Part shown: positions 38,295-47,266 of the stretch, piece after piece
Layout of the letters: the number at the start of each line of letters is the position of its first letter
Numbering within the stretch: the stretch's first letter is position 1
Source: a virus
IMG/VR virus record: IMGVR_UViG_3300022602_004807
Span: 3,753 to 67,752 of that record
Length of the DNA: 64,000 bases
Reading direction: 5' to 3' (one strand)
Notes under the pieces: generated by a model
Seen by the model: the letters and a program-made list of their open reading frames with translations, nothing else
Database searches by the model: none
Told to the model about the DNA's origin: nothing
Position numbers and translations under genes: made by a program

Positions 38295-38478
38295 GTTCTT
38301 CGTCACCCTGTCCTACGACGTGCGGTTCACCAAGAAAATCTTCGTCGAAGCCGACGATGAAGATGATGCAATCGACCTTGTCGAGGAGGAGTACGACCTC
38401 GACCCCGATGAGCTCGACGAGTGGGATCGCCACGACTGCACCCGCAACGCCTCAGAAGTGGAGGAAGCTGATGCCTGA
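38287..38478 (+). CDS. Small acidic protein
   Basis: VEADDEDDAI motif; RBS. Confidence 0.7.
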   Translation: MPKFFVTLSYDVRFTKKIFVEADDEDDAIDLVEEEYDLDPDELDEWDRHDCTRNASEVEEADA

Positions 38479-38893
38479 ATACCGCTTCATGATCGGCGAA
38501 AGCCGACGCTGCTACACCTACCTGACCATCGAGGCCGAGACCGACGAGGCCGCTGTCGAGCAGGCGAAGAAGGCCTACCTCGACTACAAGCCGCAGCGGA
38601 TACCCGACACGGTGACCGACGAAGCCGACGGCGATGTCACGATCACAGTCGACCGCATGGACGGTGGCAAGCTCGACGAGGAGATTGCCTACCTCCAGTT
38701 CGCCCGCGAGCGCCCCTACTCGTGGGAGGCTATCCCGCTGGCTGAGCTGTGCCGTGACCTGTGGGCCTTCATCGAAAATGGCGCAACCCCGTCTTTCGAG
38801 AGCGCGGAGTTTTTCAAGCTGCGCGCTCGATACCGCCTGCTGCAGTCAAACGAAACCTTTGTCCCTGAGCCAGAGGAGGCCACCCATGGGTGA
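38471..38893 (+). CDS. Hypothetical protein
   Basis: IEAETDEAA motif related to previous gene; RBS. Confidence 0.7.
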   Translation: MPEYRFMIGESRRCYTYLTIEAETDEAAVEQAKKAYLDYKPQRIPDTVTDEADGDVTITVDRMDGGKLDEEIAYLQFARERPYSWEAIPLAELCRDLWAFIENGATPSFESAEFFKLRARYRLLQSNETFVPEPEEATHG

Positions 38894-39317
38894 ATATGTT
38901 TGGACTACCTACACCTTCGGCGGAAAGCTGAAAGCCAGTCTGGCAGCCTCTCTGGATGACCTAGAGAAGGATTTCGAGAGCGTCGATACCCTCGACAGCG
39001 GCGTCCGCGTTCTAGCCGGTCAGTGCAACTACGGCTTTCACAAAGAGTTGGAGACTTTTCTGACCGAGAACAAGCTAACCTACGCCGTTCACTGGTGCAC
39101 GGCGCTGGGGGTTTTTCCTAGCGGGCTTCGCTCCTATGTGCCTGGTCGACGCTACGAGGAGTTCGATGCCAACGATGACGGCGACATCGTCCTGACAGCT
39201 GGATTCATCAAGGACAAGATTGAGAAGGGCCTGAAGATCGAGGGCCTCCTGCCGTTCATTGAACCGCCGGAGATCCCTCCCCTCACCCTGATCGACGAAC
39301 CAGCCGCGGTCGGCTGA
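38886..39317 (+). CDS. Hypothetical protein
   Basis: GAGGAGG RBS, 143 aa. Confidence 0.7.
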   Translation: MGEYVWTTYTFGGKLKASLAASLDDLEKDFESVDTLDSGVRVLAGQCNYGFHKELETFLTENKLTYAVHWCTALGVFPSGLRSYVPGRRYEEFDANDDGDIVLTAGFIKDKIEKGLKIEGLLPFIEPPEIPPLTLIDEPAAVG

Positions 39318-39335
39318 TCTGCGTGGCAGCAGAGG

Positions 39336-39367
39336 AGCCCGCCCAGAGAGATCTGGGCGGGCTTTTT
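39336..39367 (+). terminator. Intrinsic terminator
   Basis: AGCCCGCCCAGA-GAGA-TCTGGGCGGGCT-TTTT. Confidence 0.85.
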
Positions 39368-39368
39368 A

Positions 39369-39455
39369 TCGGATATATCCGACTTAGATATTGTAATTTG
39401 TCGGAAAATTGGCTAGTCTCGTAGCAGGTCAAACGACCTATCTGCCACGAAGGAG
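39369..39455 (+). promoter_or_regulatory. Operator, promoter and TGCCAC leader
   Basis: TCGGATATATCCGA 39369-39382; TTGTAA-N17-TAGTCT with half-operator in spacer; CCTATC-TGCCAC-GAAGG. Confidence 0.78.
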
Positions 39456-39464
39456 ACTAGACCA

Positions 39465-39716
39465 ATGGCCCACCATCACTGCCTCACCGTCCACGGCGCC
39501 AAAGACATCCGCCTGACGTTCAAAGAGCAACCTGACTTTCGCATCGTCAAGATCTACCTCGACGACGAGGGGAACGATTATGACCCGGTCGCCGCCCTGT
39601 TCTTCGATGACGTCGCTGACGGTCGTCTGCAGCGGGCCATCGAGGCGTTCAACGCCATCATGAGCGAGCCAGTCGCCCCGACCATGGCCGAGGCTTTCGA
39701 GACGGAGGACGCATGA
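39465..39716 (+). CDS. Hypothetical protein
   Basis: 83 aa, AAGGAG RBS. Confidence 0.75.
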   Translation: MAHHHCLTVHGAKDIRLTFKEQPDFRIVKIYLDDEGNDYDPVAALFFDDVADGRLQRAIEAFNAIMSEPVAPTMAEAFETEDA

Positions 39717-39979
39717 TGTCCGTCTATCTCGATCACCAGAACTGCATTCAGGTCGACGTCGTCATCGAGCGCGCGATCCAGAAAGCTGCCTTCGAGTTCC
39801 GCTCGTGGACCAAGCTGTTCCCCGGCAAAAAGCGCTACACCGAATGCCTGTCCGACGCGCTGGTCGAGGAACTCGACTATGCGCTCGGAGCCCGTGCCAA
39901 TGCCCTTGGTGACCTGCCGGTCGTGCTGGTCGGCATGACCTGGGATGGTGTCCCGCAGTACGTCGCACAGGGAGCCTGA
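39713..39979 (+). CDS. Hypothetical protein
   Basis: Coupled ORF, GGAGG RBS. Confidence 0.7.
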   Translation: MMSVYLDHQNCIQVDVVIERAIQKAAFEFRSWTKLFPGKKRYTECLSDALVEELDYALGARANALGDLPVVLVGMTWDGVPQYVAQGA

Positions 39980-39982
39980 GCC

Positions 39983-40207
39983 ATGACCGAGAAACCCGAT
40001 CCACACTGCCTTGAGGGCGGTTTTCATGACTATCTGGGCGACGGCGTCTATGCGTCCTACGACGGTTATCACATTTGGCTCGCAGCCAACGATCACCGCA
40101 ACAAGGTGGTCGCGCTCGAGCCCGGCGTGTTTAGGAGACTGCTGAACTACAAGGCTCGGCTCGACGCAGAGATTGCGCGATCCGTCATCAAAGCTTCGGA
40201 GGGCTGA
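39983..40207 (+). CDS. Hypothetical protein
   Basis: YLGDGVYA.YDGY.IWL...VALEP motif common in phage small proteins. Confidence 0.75.
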   Translation: MTEKPDPHCLEGGFHDYLGDGVYASYDGYHIWLAANDHRNKVVALEPGVFRRLLNYKARLDAEIARSVIKASEG

Positions 40208-40328
40208 CCATGCAGGCCACCCTCTCCATCCTCTGGCAGGTCGGCGTCATCGCCCTGCAAGCCGCAGCCCTCGGCTGCTTCCTGTCTGCCGTCGCTATCG
40301 TGCCGATCCTCTTTGGAGCCGTGCTGCA

Positions 40329-40547
40329 ATGAGTGACCTGCTCTACCTGATGGATGCCAGATGCGTGCTGTCGTGGGCGTTCAAGCGCCTGCGGGAGCGC
40401 CCCGATCTGGTCGAGCGCGAGATCGGCTACTGCATGGCCAGGATCGACCAGCACCTGCAGCATGGTTCGCCCCGCGACATGACGATCACGCACGAGGTCA
40501 ACGGCGATCAGGTCGTCATCAGACTCGCTCGCAAGCGCGCCGGATAA
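40329..40547 (+). CDS. Hypothetical protein
   Basis: 72 aa, ends before terminator. Confidence 0.55.
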   Translation: MSDLLYLMDARCVLSWAFKRLRERPDLVEREIGYCMARIDQHLQHGSPRDMTITHEVNGDQVVIRLARKRAG

Positions 40548-40572
40548 TCCTCCCGCGACACGCGCCTTGAGC

Positions 40573-40605
40573 AACCCGGAAATCTTATTGGTTTCCGGGT
40601 TTTTT
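40573..40605 (+). terminator. Intrinsic terminator
   Basis: AACCCGGAAA...TTTCCGGGTT-TTTT. Confidence 0.85.
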
Positions 40606-40607
40606 AT

Positions 40608-40681
40608 TTGCTTTCTTGTCGGATATTTCCTACAATCAGAAGGTCGGAAAACAGAATATCCGACAGCATCTGCCACAGGAG
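40608..40681 (+). promoter_or_regulatory. Sigma70 promoter with operator in spacer + TGCCAC leader
   Basis: TTGCTT(40608)-N17-TACAAT(40631); TCGGATATTTCCTA 40619-40632; TCTGCCACAGGAG 40669-40681. Confidence 0.8.
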
Positions 40682-40687
40682 ACAGTT

Positions 40688-41854
40688 ATGAACGCACCCT
40701 ATCAAGTCGGCAATTTCGAGAACGGCCAGCAGATCGGCACGGTTTCAACCCAGTGGGCTGCTCGCCCGCATGACCAGCGGTTCCTCAATCTCAACGACCT
40801 GGAGGCCAAGGTTCGTGGGCGCTACGAGATCGCCACCGAAGCCCGCATCCTCTCCAAGAAGGTCGAGATTCTCGCCCCAGACGTGACCAGCCTCGAAGAC
40901 ACGCACAAGCTGACCATCGGTCTTCCCGATGGCTCGGAGCGTGGATTCTCGCACTGGTCGTTCAATCAGGTCTGCTCGCTGGCCAAGGCGCCTGCAGCCT
41001 ACCTGCGCAGCCAGCCCTCGCAGAACGTGGCCGCGAACCTGAATTGGGACCTGCGCCGCAACCGGCAGCAGGAGGAGGTCAAGACCTACGCGGATCCCGA
41101 ACAGCTGCTTGCTGTGACAGGTCCCGACTATGGCCGCATCCCTGACTATGAGGTCGTGCGCGCCGTCCAGCTGCTCGCTGGCAACGGCACGGGCGACATG
41201 CGCTGGAAGATCCCCGGCGTTATCGACTGGCGCACGATGTTTTACGATCCAGAAGCGCCGGTCACCATGGACTCGACGACGCTCTACGCCAGCGATCGTG
41301 ACGTGTTTATGTTCCTTGTCGACGACCGCAACCCCATCGAGGTGGGCAAGCTGCCGAACGGCAAGCCGGACCTGATGTTCCGGGGCTTCTATGTCAGCAA
41401 CTCGGAGGTCGGTGCACGGGCCATGAAGCTCGCGGCCTTCTACCTGCGCGGCGTCTGCATGAACCGCAACCTGTGGGGCGTGGAGGGCTTCGAGGAGCTG
41501 ACCATCCGCCACACGAAACATGCGCCGGATCGGTTCATGGTCGAAGCCCAGCCCGCGCTGAAGTCCTTCGCTGAAGGCTCCAGCCAGAAGCTGATCGAAG
41601 GCGTCCAGAAGGCCAAGGCCGCCAAGGTCGCTGACGACGACGAGGATGCCCTCAAGTTCCTGCAGGGCCTCGATCTGTCCCGCAAAAAGGCTCAGGCCGT
41701 CCTCGAGATCGTCGAGAAGGAGGAGCAGGCCAGCGCCCGCACCGTCTGGTTGATGGCTCAGGGCCTCACCGCACTGGCCCGCAGCGAGCCCAATCAGGAC
41801 AACCGCCTGGAGCTCGAACTGAAGGCCAAGAAGATCCTCGACAAGGTGTCGTGA
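40688..41854 (+). CDS. DUF932-like protein
   Basis: WAARP.D.RF, WSF.Q.C.L..APA.YLR, YGRI.D, LYASDRDVF.FL, NSEVG, C.NRNLWG motifs. Confidence 0.75.
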   Translation: MNAPYQVGNFENGQQIGTVSTQWAARPHDQRFLNLNDLEAKVRGRYEIATEARILSKKVEILAPDVTSLEDTHKLTIGLPDGSERGFSHWSFNQVCSLAKAPAAYLRSQPSQNVAANLNWDLRRNRQQEEVKTYADPEQLLAVTGPDYGRIPDYEVVRAVQLLAGNGTGDMRWKIPGVIDWRTMFYDPEAPVTMDSTTLYASDRDVFMFLVDDRNPIEVGKLPNGKPDLMFRGFYVSNSEVGARAMKLAAFYLRGVCMNRNLWGVEGFEELTIRHTKHAPDRFMVEAQPALKSFAEGSSQKLIEGVQKAKAAKVADDDEDALKFLQGLDLSRKKAQAVLEIVEKEEQASARTVWLMAQGLTALARSEPNQDNRLELELKAKKILDKVS

Positions 41855-41903
41855 CGCAGCGCCGGAGGGGCCCGTGTGGCCCCTCTATCGGTGCGCCTCT
41901 GCA

Positions 41904-41917
41904 CCTTGCCACGAAGG
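41904..41917 (+). promoter_or_regulatory. TGCCAC leader hairpin
   Basis: CCTT-GCCACG-AAGG perfect stem over RBS of methyltransferase gene. Confidence 0.65.
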
Positions 41918-41926
41918 AACTCCACC

Positions 41927-42664
41927 ATGCAGATCGAACAGAACGTGCTCGCTATCCTGTCGCGAGCAGACATTGCCGGGAACCGCCTCGCCATCAGCGA
42001 GCGGCTCGACCGGAAGGACTATGAAGCCGTGAACAAGGTCCTCGTTGCCGCTGGCGGCAAGTGGAACCGGAGCGCCAAGGCGCATGTGTTCGACGGCGAG
42101 GTCGACGCAATCCTCGACCCCATCATGCTCACAGGCGAGATCACCACCGCGCAGGAGCTCGGATTCTTCGAGACCCCGATTGACGTGGCCCGCAAGGTCA
42201 TCGCCATGGCCGACATCCAGCCAGGCGCTGAGGTGCTGGAGCCGAGCGCCGGGCGTGGGGCACTCGCGCAGCAGGCGTCTCAGGTTTCCCAGACCGCGAT
42301 TGATTGCATCGAGATCGACGCCAAGCGCGCAGCCTACCTGTCAGCCTTTCCGTGGGTGGCCGACATAACCTGTGCCGACTTCCTGACCATCGAGCCCCGG
42401 CCTGAGTACGACCGGATCGTGATGAACCCGCCTTTTGCGAAGCAGCAGGACATTACCCACGTCCTTCATGCCCGCAGATTCCTGAAATCCGGCGGCCGGC
42501 TGGTGAGCGTGATGTCGGCCGGTGTGATGTTTCGCGGTGACCGCAAGACTCGCGAATTCCGCGAGCTGGTCGCCGCCTGCGGTGGATCCATCGAAGCCCT
42601 GCCTGAAGGGTCGTTCAAGGCGTCCGGAACCGGCGTGAACACCGTCCTCGTCACCCTTTACTGA
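41927..42664 (+). CDS. Amino (N6A-type) DNA methyltransferase
   Basis: FFETP, VLEPSAGRG, MNPPF, LPEGSFK.SGT.V.T motifs. Confidence 0.88.
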   Translation: MQIEQNVLAILSRADIAGNRLAISERLDRKDYEAVNKVLVAAGGKWNRSAKAHVFDGEVDAILDPIMLTGEITTAQELGFFETPIDVARKVIAMADIQPGAEVLEPSAGRGALAQQASQVSQTAIDCIEIDAKRAAYLSAFPWVADITCADFLTIEPRPEYDRIVMNPPFAKQQDITHVLHARRFLKSGGRLVSVMSAGVMFRGDRKTREFRELVAACGGSIEALPEGSFKASGTGVNTVLVTLY

Positions 42665-42676
42665 AGGAGCCAGCCT

Positions 42677-43063
42677 ATGCGCGTTGAAATGCTACAGCCG
42701 TCAACCCCCGACGAGTACATCGAGCAGCTCGTCCTGCGGCTTCTCGACCTGGAGAAGATCGCCCCGACCGAGAAGATGCGAACCGCCCTGTCCGCCCAGC
42801 GCAAGGTCGCCCCGGCTCTTGTCGAGCTTTGGGCCCACTTGGAGGAGAAGTTTCAGCAGGACGTTTTGGACCGGCACGAGCCGTCCATGCTGTTCTTTCG
42901 CGCCATCGCCTGCGTCGCGGTCCCTCTACTCGCCGCTCAGGTCGATAGGCGCGAGGACTTGGTCGCGGCGACAACGCTGCTGGGCGATCTCGTCAAAGGT
43001 GAACTCGTGCGGTGTGCCGAGTCCATCGCATTGGCCCACCGCCAGACTGCTGGCAGGGCCTGA
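42677..43063 (+). CDS. Hypothetical protein
   Basis: AAGGAG RBS, 128 aa. Confidence 0.7.
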   Translation: MRVEMLQPSTPDEYIEQLVLRLLDLEKIAPTEKMRTALSAQRKVAPALVELWAHLEEKFQQDVLDRHEPSMLFFRAIACVAVPLLAAQVDRREDLVAATTLLGDLVKGELVRCAESIALAHRQTAGRA

Positions 43064-43065
43064 AA

Positions 43066-43099
43066 GCAAAAACCCCAGCCGGTGAAGGCTGGGGTTTGC
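43066..43099. terminator. Terminator-like hairpin (possibly bidirectional)
   Basis: AAACCCCAGCC-GGTGAA-GGCTGGGGTTT. Confidence 0.7.
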
Positions 43100-43315
43100 C
43101 CGGGTCCGAAGACTATCCGGGGCCGCTCCGATTTCGCATCTGCCACGAAGAAAAACAGGAGCCGGCATGTGGCTACAGATACCACGCGATTCGACCAAGT
43201 TCAAGGAGACGTCGTCGGGTATCTCGTTGAATTGGCCTATGTGTGGTTTGGAATCGGATGATCCGATTGTCTGCCACGATCTGAAAACTGTCTGATAAGT
43301 CCCATTCTGAATGTC

Positions 43316-43344
43316 AAAAGCCGGGCACGTAGCCCGGCTTTTTT
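43316..43344. terminator. Bidirectional intrinsic terminator
   Basis: AAAAGCCGGGC-ACGTA-GCCCGGCTTTTTT between convergent blocks. Confidence 0.85.
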
Positions 43345-43384
43345 CATTGTGCCCTGTCGGTGATCCCCGACCGCAGAAGGTCCA

Positions 43385-43888
43385 TCATAGCGTTGTTGGG
43401 ATGGATATTTGTCTCACCTGTTCCAATTGGTCAACGTCTGCAGAGGTGTACGGGACATGGTCGTTATTCAGACAGTCCGCGACAAACTGCAAACCTTGGT
43501 CGATGCGCCGATAGGCTGTCGCCCTCGACCACCCACGATTTCTGCAATAGCGAGCAAATGAACGGTGATGCACGGCACACATGACCTGCCCCCACAGGCA
43601 GCGGCGCATCCCGGACTGCTTGGCGAGGTACTTGACTGACCAGTCGAGGACCTGCTCGGCGCGGGTGATGGCGTCGGCCTTGGGCGGAATGCGCGCCGGC
43701 TTCCAGTTCCATTCGCCCTTGTCTCGTTCCGGCTCCTGGCGGTTCGCATCAGCCAGGTCGTGCACCACGTCCGGCATGGCGTTGCCGAAGGCCTTAGGCA
43801 GCTTCACGGGTGGCAGTCGGCGGAACGTCTCAGCAGCCTCGATGAAGCGCAGATAGACGTCGTCCTTGCCCCATACCTTGAACGTCAT
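43385..43888 (-). CDS. DUF6362-like putative late-gene regulator
   Basis: V..RF.EAA.T.RRLP, P...AITR.E..L.W, C-terminal HTH SRATAYRR; last gene of replication operon. Confidence 0.7.
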   Translation of the reverse strand: MTFKVWGKDDVYLRFIEAAETFRRLPPVKLPKAFGNAMPDVVHDLADANRQEPERDKGEWNWKPARIPPKADAITRAEQVLDWSVKYLAKQSGMRRCLWGQVMCAVHHRSFARYCRNRGWSRATAYRRIDQGLQFVADCLNNDHVPYTSADVDQLEQVRQISIPTTL

Positions 43889-45279
43889 AGGAAGCTCTCC
43901 TGCTCGATCTCTTGCTGTTTGGCTGGTTTCGCCGGGGCTGCCCCCAGATCCGTGAACATGGTCAGATGTCCGATGAAGTCGCATTCTCGCGTTCCCCTTC
44001 CTTTGCCGCGCCGCCGCTTGGCCAGCACAAGTTCTGCTCGACCGCGCCAGCGGTTCATTTCCTGCTCCCACTCCGCACGGGTCGATGACGAAGGATCCGG
44101 CTCCTCCAGCTCCAGCCAGTATTCAGGGCGGTGGACGAAGAACACGACGTCCGCGGACTTCTCGATCTCGGAGGCGCCGAACAGGTCGGACATCTGCGGC
44201 CGCTTGTTCTGGCGCTTCATCACGTCACGGTTGAGGTGGGAGAGGCAGAGCCATGGGATCTTGGTCTGCTTGGCTGCGGCCTTGAGGTCTTTGACGATGA
44301 CGGTCAGCGCCTCAAAGGAGTCGCGCACCTTCCTGTCGGGTTCGAGGTAGTGCAGGTGATCGACGACCACGAAGGCGACGTTGTGCTTTTTCTGGAAGTA
44401 GAGGACCCTTGCCAGATCGGCCCCGACGGTTGCCCGGGCTGGGTTCTCGATCCATAGCGGCAACGCGCTGAGTTCCTCCGTGGCCCGCATGACCCGGTAT
44501 TCCTCATCAGCGTTCATCTCGCCTGCCTCGATCCTTTCCACACTCACCTGAGCGAGCTGTGACACGAAGCGGGCCGTGATCTGGCGGTCTGACATCTCAT
44601 GCGTGATGAACAGCGTCCTGACGCCTTGGCGGGCCTGCGCCAGCGCGATCTGCTGTGCAAGCGCGGTCTTGCCCATGCTCGTGGAACCGCCCAGCACCAC
44701 AAGATCCTCGGGCAGCATTGGGCCGATAAGGGAATCGACGAAGGACAGGCCGGTGCGCAAGCGGGTGGTGTCTGAGTTCTTCTCCGCGACGCTGGCATTG
44801 AAGACCTGAATGGCCAGCTCACCGACCATCTTGCCGCGATCGCTGCGCCCACCCAGCAGGCCCATCATGCCGGACTGGATGTCATGCAGGGTGCCTCTGG
44901 CTGGCAGAGCCTTGTCCTGCAGGTTCGCCAGAGACTGCTCAAGAATCTTCTTGGCGGCCCGGCGGGTAGCCATGTCCTCGATGTCCTGCGCGAAGTCGAG
45001 GGCCGTCATGGACTCTGGCGCCCCGCCCATCAGCCGGGCGAGGTAGGTCGTCATGTTGATGTCGGTTTCCACCTTCACGCGCTGCGCGATCAGCGCACGG
45101 CTCAGCGACGGGTGGTTCTCCTGCGCCAGCTCGGTCAAGGCGGCATAGATGGCAGCCAGCACGGGGTCGCCAAAGCTGCCCGGTGTGATGATGTCCGCGA
45201 TGTCCCAGATCTGTTCCGGGTTTCGCAAGATACAGCCGATGAGATCTTCTTCGAGTTCAGTATTGACGAGCGGGTTCAT
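43885..45279 (-). CDS. dnaB: Replicative DNA helicase
   Basis: GSTSMGKT Walker A, HEMS, VVVDHL, LSHLNR, RPQMSDL..ASEIEKSAD motifs. Confidence 0.92.
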   Translation of the reverse strand: MNPLVNTELEEDLIGCILRNPEQIWDIADIITPGSFGDPVLAAIYAALTELAQENHPSLSRALIAQRVKVETDINMTTYLARLMGGAPESMTALDFAQDIEDMATRRAAKKILEQSLANLQDKALPARGTLHDIQSGMMGLLGGRSDRGKMVGELAIQVFNASVAEKNSDTTRLRTGLSFVDSLIGPMLPEDLVVLGGSTSMGKTALAQQIALAQARQGVRTLFITHEMSDRQITARFVSQLAQVSVERIEAGEMNADEEYRVMRATEELSALPLWIENPARATVGADLARVLYFQKKHNVAFVVVDHLHYLEPDRKVRDSFEALTVIVKDLKAAAKQTKIPWLCLSHLNRDVMKRQNKRPQMSDLFGASEIEKSADVVFFVHRPEYWLELEEPDPSSSTRAEWEQEMNRWRGRAELVLAKRRRGKGRGTRECDFIGHLTMFTDLGAAPAKPAKQQEIEQESFL

Positions 45280-46279
45280 GAATGGCCTTCAGCATGTCGA
45301 GAAAATCGGTGCCGATGGGTGGCAGAGGTTCGATGATGGCCTTGCGCCCGCTCTCGCGGACTCGCTGCGCCAAGGTGGTCGCAGCCTTCATGCCCGGCGG
45401 AAGGCCCTCGCCGTGCGGCATGTCTGAATCTGGAAAGATGCGCACCGTGCGCACGAAGTCTGGCAGGTCGAGGCCCATCATCCCGGAGGTCGAGAGAGAG
45501 GCCCACACGGGGAAGGCGCGCTCCGACAGCTCCCAGACCGCGAGGGCCGTCTCAATGCCCTCCGTCACCGCGATCTCGGGGCCGTCAGGGCCGATCCTGA
45601 TGGCACACCCCTTGGCACTCCCCATGCCCACCTTGTTGGGCTCCACGGCCGCCTTCTGCCCGTCGGGTGTGAGATAGATGCGCCAGATCCCCCTACCCTT
45701 GCGCTGAGCATTGATGAAGACTCCGATCAGTGCTGGGAACCGAGGGCCGTCCTTGATCTTGAAGCGGCCGTTGAACACTGCCCCGAATGGCCACTCCAGA
45801 TCGGGGACGTAGCGCAGGCACTTCGGCCAATCTGTCTTGGCAAGCCCACGCCCCTGGAGATACCGCTCCGCTGGCGTGCCTTCGATGGGCAGCGCGGCAT
45901 GGAAGATCTCCAGCGCAGACAGCTCGCGGCGGCGCTTGCGGGCGTCCTCCTTTTTCGTGTCGCGGGGAGCAACGCGGCGGGGCTCCTCCGATGGACCCAG
46001 CCGCAGGAATGAGCGGGCCCACTCGCAGGCGTCCTTGATCGAGCAGCCGCGCACTTCCTTGATGAGGCCGATCAGGTCGCCGCCCTCCTTGGACCTGCCC
46101 CAGAATCCGACGACGCCCTGCTTCGAGCCGGTCAGCACAACCGAGATGGCATAGCCCGTGGGGCTCACCGAGCCTGAACACTGCCACTCGTTGCCGTGCC
46201 GCTTGCCGTCAGGCAGCAGGTGTTGGGCCAGCTCCATGGCATGTGGAGCCAGCGCGTGCGCGAGGTCTGTGGCTTTCAT
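45257..46279 (-). CDS. Toprim-domain primase
   Basis: GGDLI.L, TPAERYL..RG, VTEGIETAL, WA.LS, FPDSD toprim motifs. Confidence 0.85.
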   Translation of the reverse strand: MKATDLAHALAPHAMELAQHLLPDGKRHGNEWQCSGSVSPTGYAISVVLTGSKQGVVGFWGRSKEGGDLIGLIKEVRGCSIKDACEWARSFLRLGPSEEPRRVAPRDTKKEDARKRRRELSALEIFHAALPIEGTPAERYLQGRGLAKTDWPKCLRYVPDLEWPFGAVFNGRFKIKDGPRFPALIGVFINAQRKGRGIWRIYLTPDGQKAAVEPNKVGMGSAKGCAIRIGPDGPEIAVTEGIETALAVWELSERAFPVWASLSTSGMMGLDLPDFVRTVRIFPDSDMPHGEGLPPGMKAATTLAQRVRESGRKAIIEPLPPIGTDFLDMLKAIHEPARQY

Positions 46280-46659
46280 TGGGTGCCGGCTTTTCTCGCT
46301 CTCACGAGGGCCACATTCACGCGGCCGACATTGCAGTTCAGTTTGGCCGCAAGTTCTTTCGGCGTGTCCTTCGGATACTTCCGGGCCAATGCAAGAACAT
46401 CGTCATCGGTGACCTTGGCGCGACCATTTGAGACTTCAGGCTCGTCGATGATGACGGGTTTGAGGTCGTCTGGATGAGGCTTGCTGATGATCAGGACCGG
46501 CTCCTCATCATCCTCCTCGTCTGGCCAGATGGTTTCGACTGCCATGAAGATGGCGCGGGCAATGCGATCAGCGTCCGCAGAAGACCTGATGCGCGCCTGC
46601 ACGATGATCTCGTCCTCGTGCATGGTGATGGTGACTTGCTTCTCGGTCATTTTAGCCAT
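46276..46659 (-). CDS. Hypothetical protein with C-terminal HTH
   Basis: TPKELAAKLNCNVGRV; coupled. Confidence 0.65.
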   Translation of the reverse strand: MAKMTEKQVTITMHEDEIIVQARIRSSADADRIARAIFMAVETIWPDEEDDEEPVLIISKPHPDDLKPVIIDEPEVSNGRAKVTDDDVLALARKYPKDTPKELAAKLNCNVGRVNVALVRARKAGTQ

Positions 46660-47266
46660 CCCTTCGTAGCCAGCTGATCTCGGGCTCGCCGTCGTAACCG
46701 CGCAGCCAGATGTACCAAGCGAAGTCCTTCTCGCCGCCGCCGGGATTGATGCCAGCCTCGATCACAGGGCCTGGGGGCATGGAAGGGCGCGCGGTCAGGA
46801 ACAGGACACGGCGCAATGGCGTGGCCTGCAACTGACGGGTCCACGTGTCCCCCGTCAGCCTGCCAACTGGCAGGAGGAGGGCGACCTTGTAGCGGGCACG
46901 CTGGAGAGCAAGGTCGACAAATTCTTCGATGTGCTTGTAGGGCGGGTTGCTGACGATGTTCATGATCGGCCGACCAATCGGCCACTGCCATGACAGGAAA
47001 TCCCGCTCCTCCTGACAGACATCGCTGCGCTTGCGCAGATCAAAGCCGGTGGCGTGGAGTCCGGCAGAGCGGGCCGACTCTACGATGCGGCCCAGACCAC
47101 AAGACGGGTCGACAATCTCGCCTTCGAAGCGTTCCACATGAAACAGTCGTTCGCTTACCCAGCGAGGCTCGACATACCAATCCTCCGGGTGTCGCTCCCA
47201 GAGGTGCGCGTCTTTTCGCTTCTTTCCGCCTTTGGCTGGTAGGCCATCTTCCGGTGCGTCTTGCAA
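46652..47266 (-). CDS. Amino (N6A-type) DNA methyltransferase
   Basis: DWYVEP, DPSCGLG, SNPPY motifs; start uncertain (TTG 47266 with GGGAG RBS). Confidence 0.8.
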   Translation of the reverse strand: MQDAPEDGLPAKGGKKRKDAHLWERHPEDWYVEPRWVSERLFHVERFEGEIVDPSCGLGRIVESARSAGLHATGFDLRKRSDVCQEERDFLSWQWPIGRPIMNIVSNPPYKHIEEFVDLALQRARYKVALLLPVGRLTGDTWTRQLQATPLRRVLFLTARPSMPPGPVIEAGINPGGGEKDFAWYIWLRGYDGEPEISWLRRDG

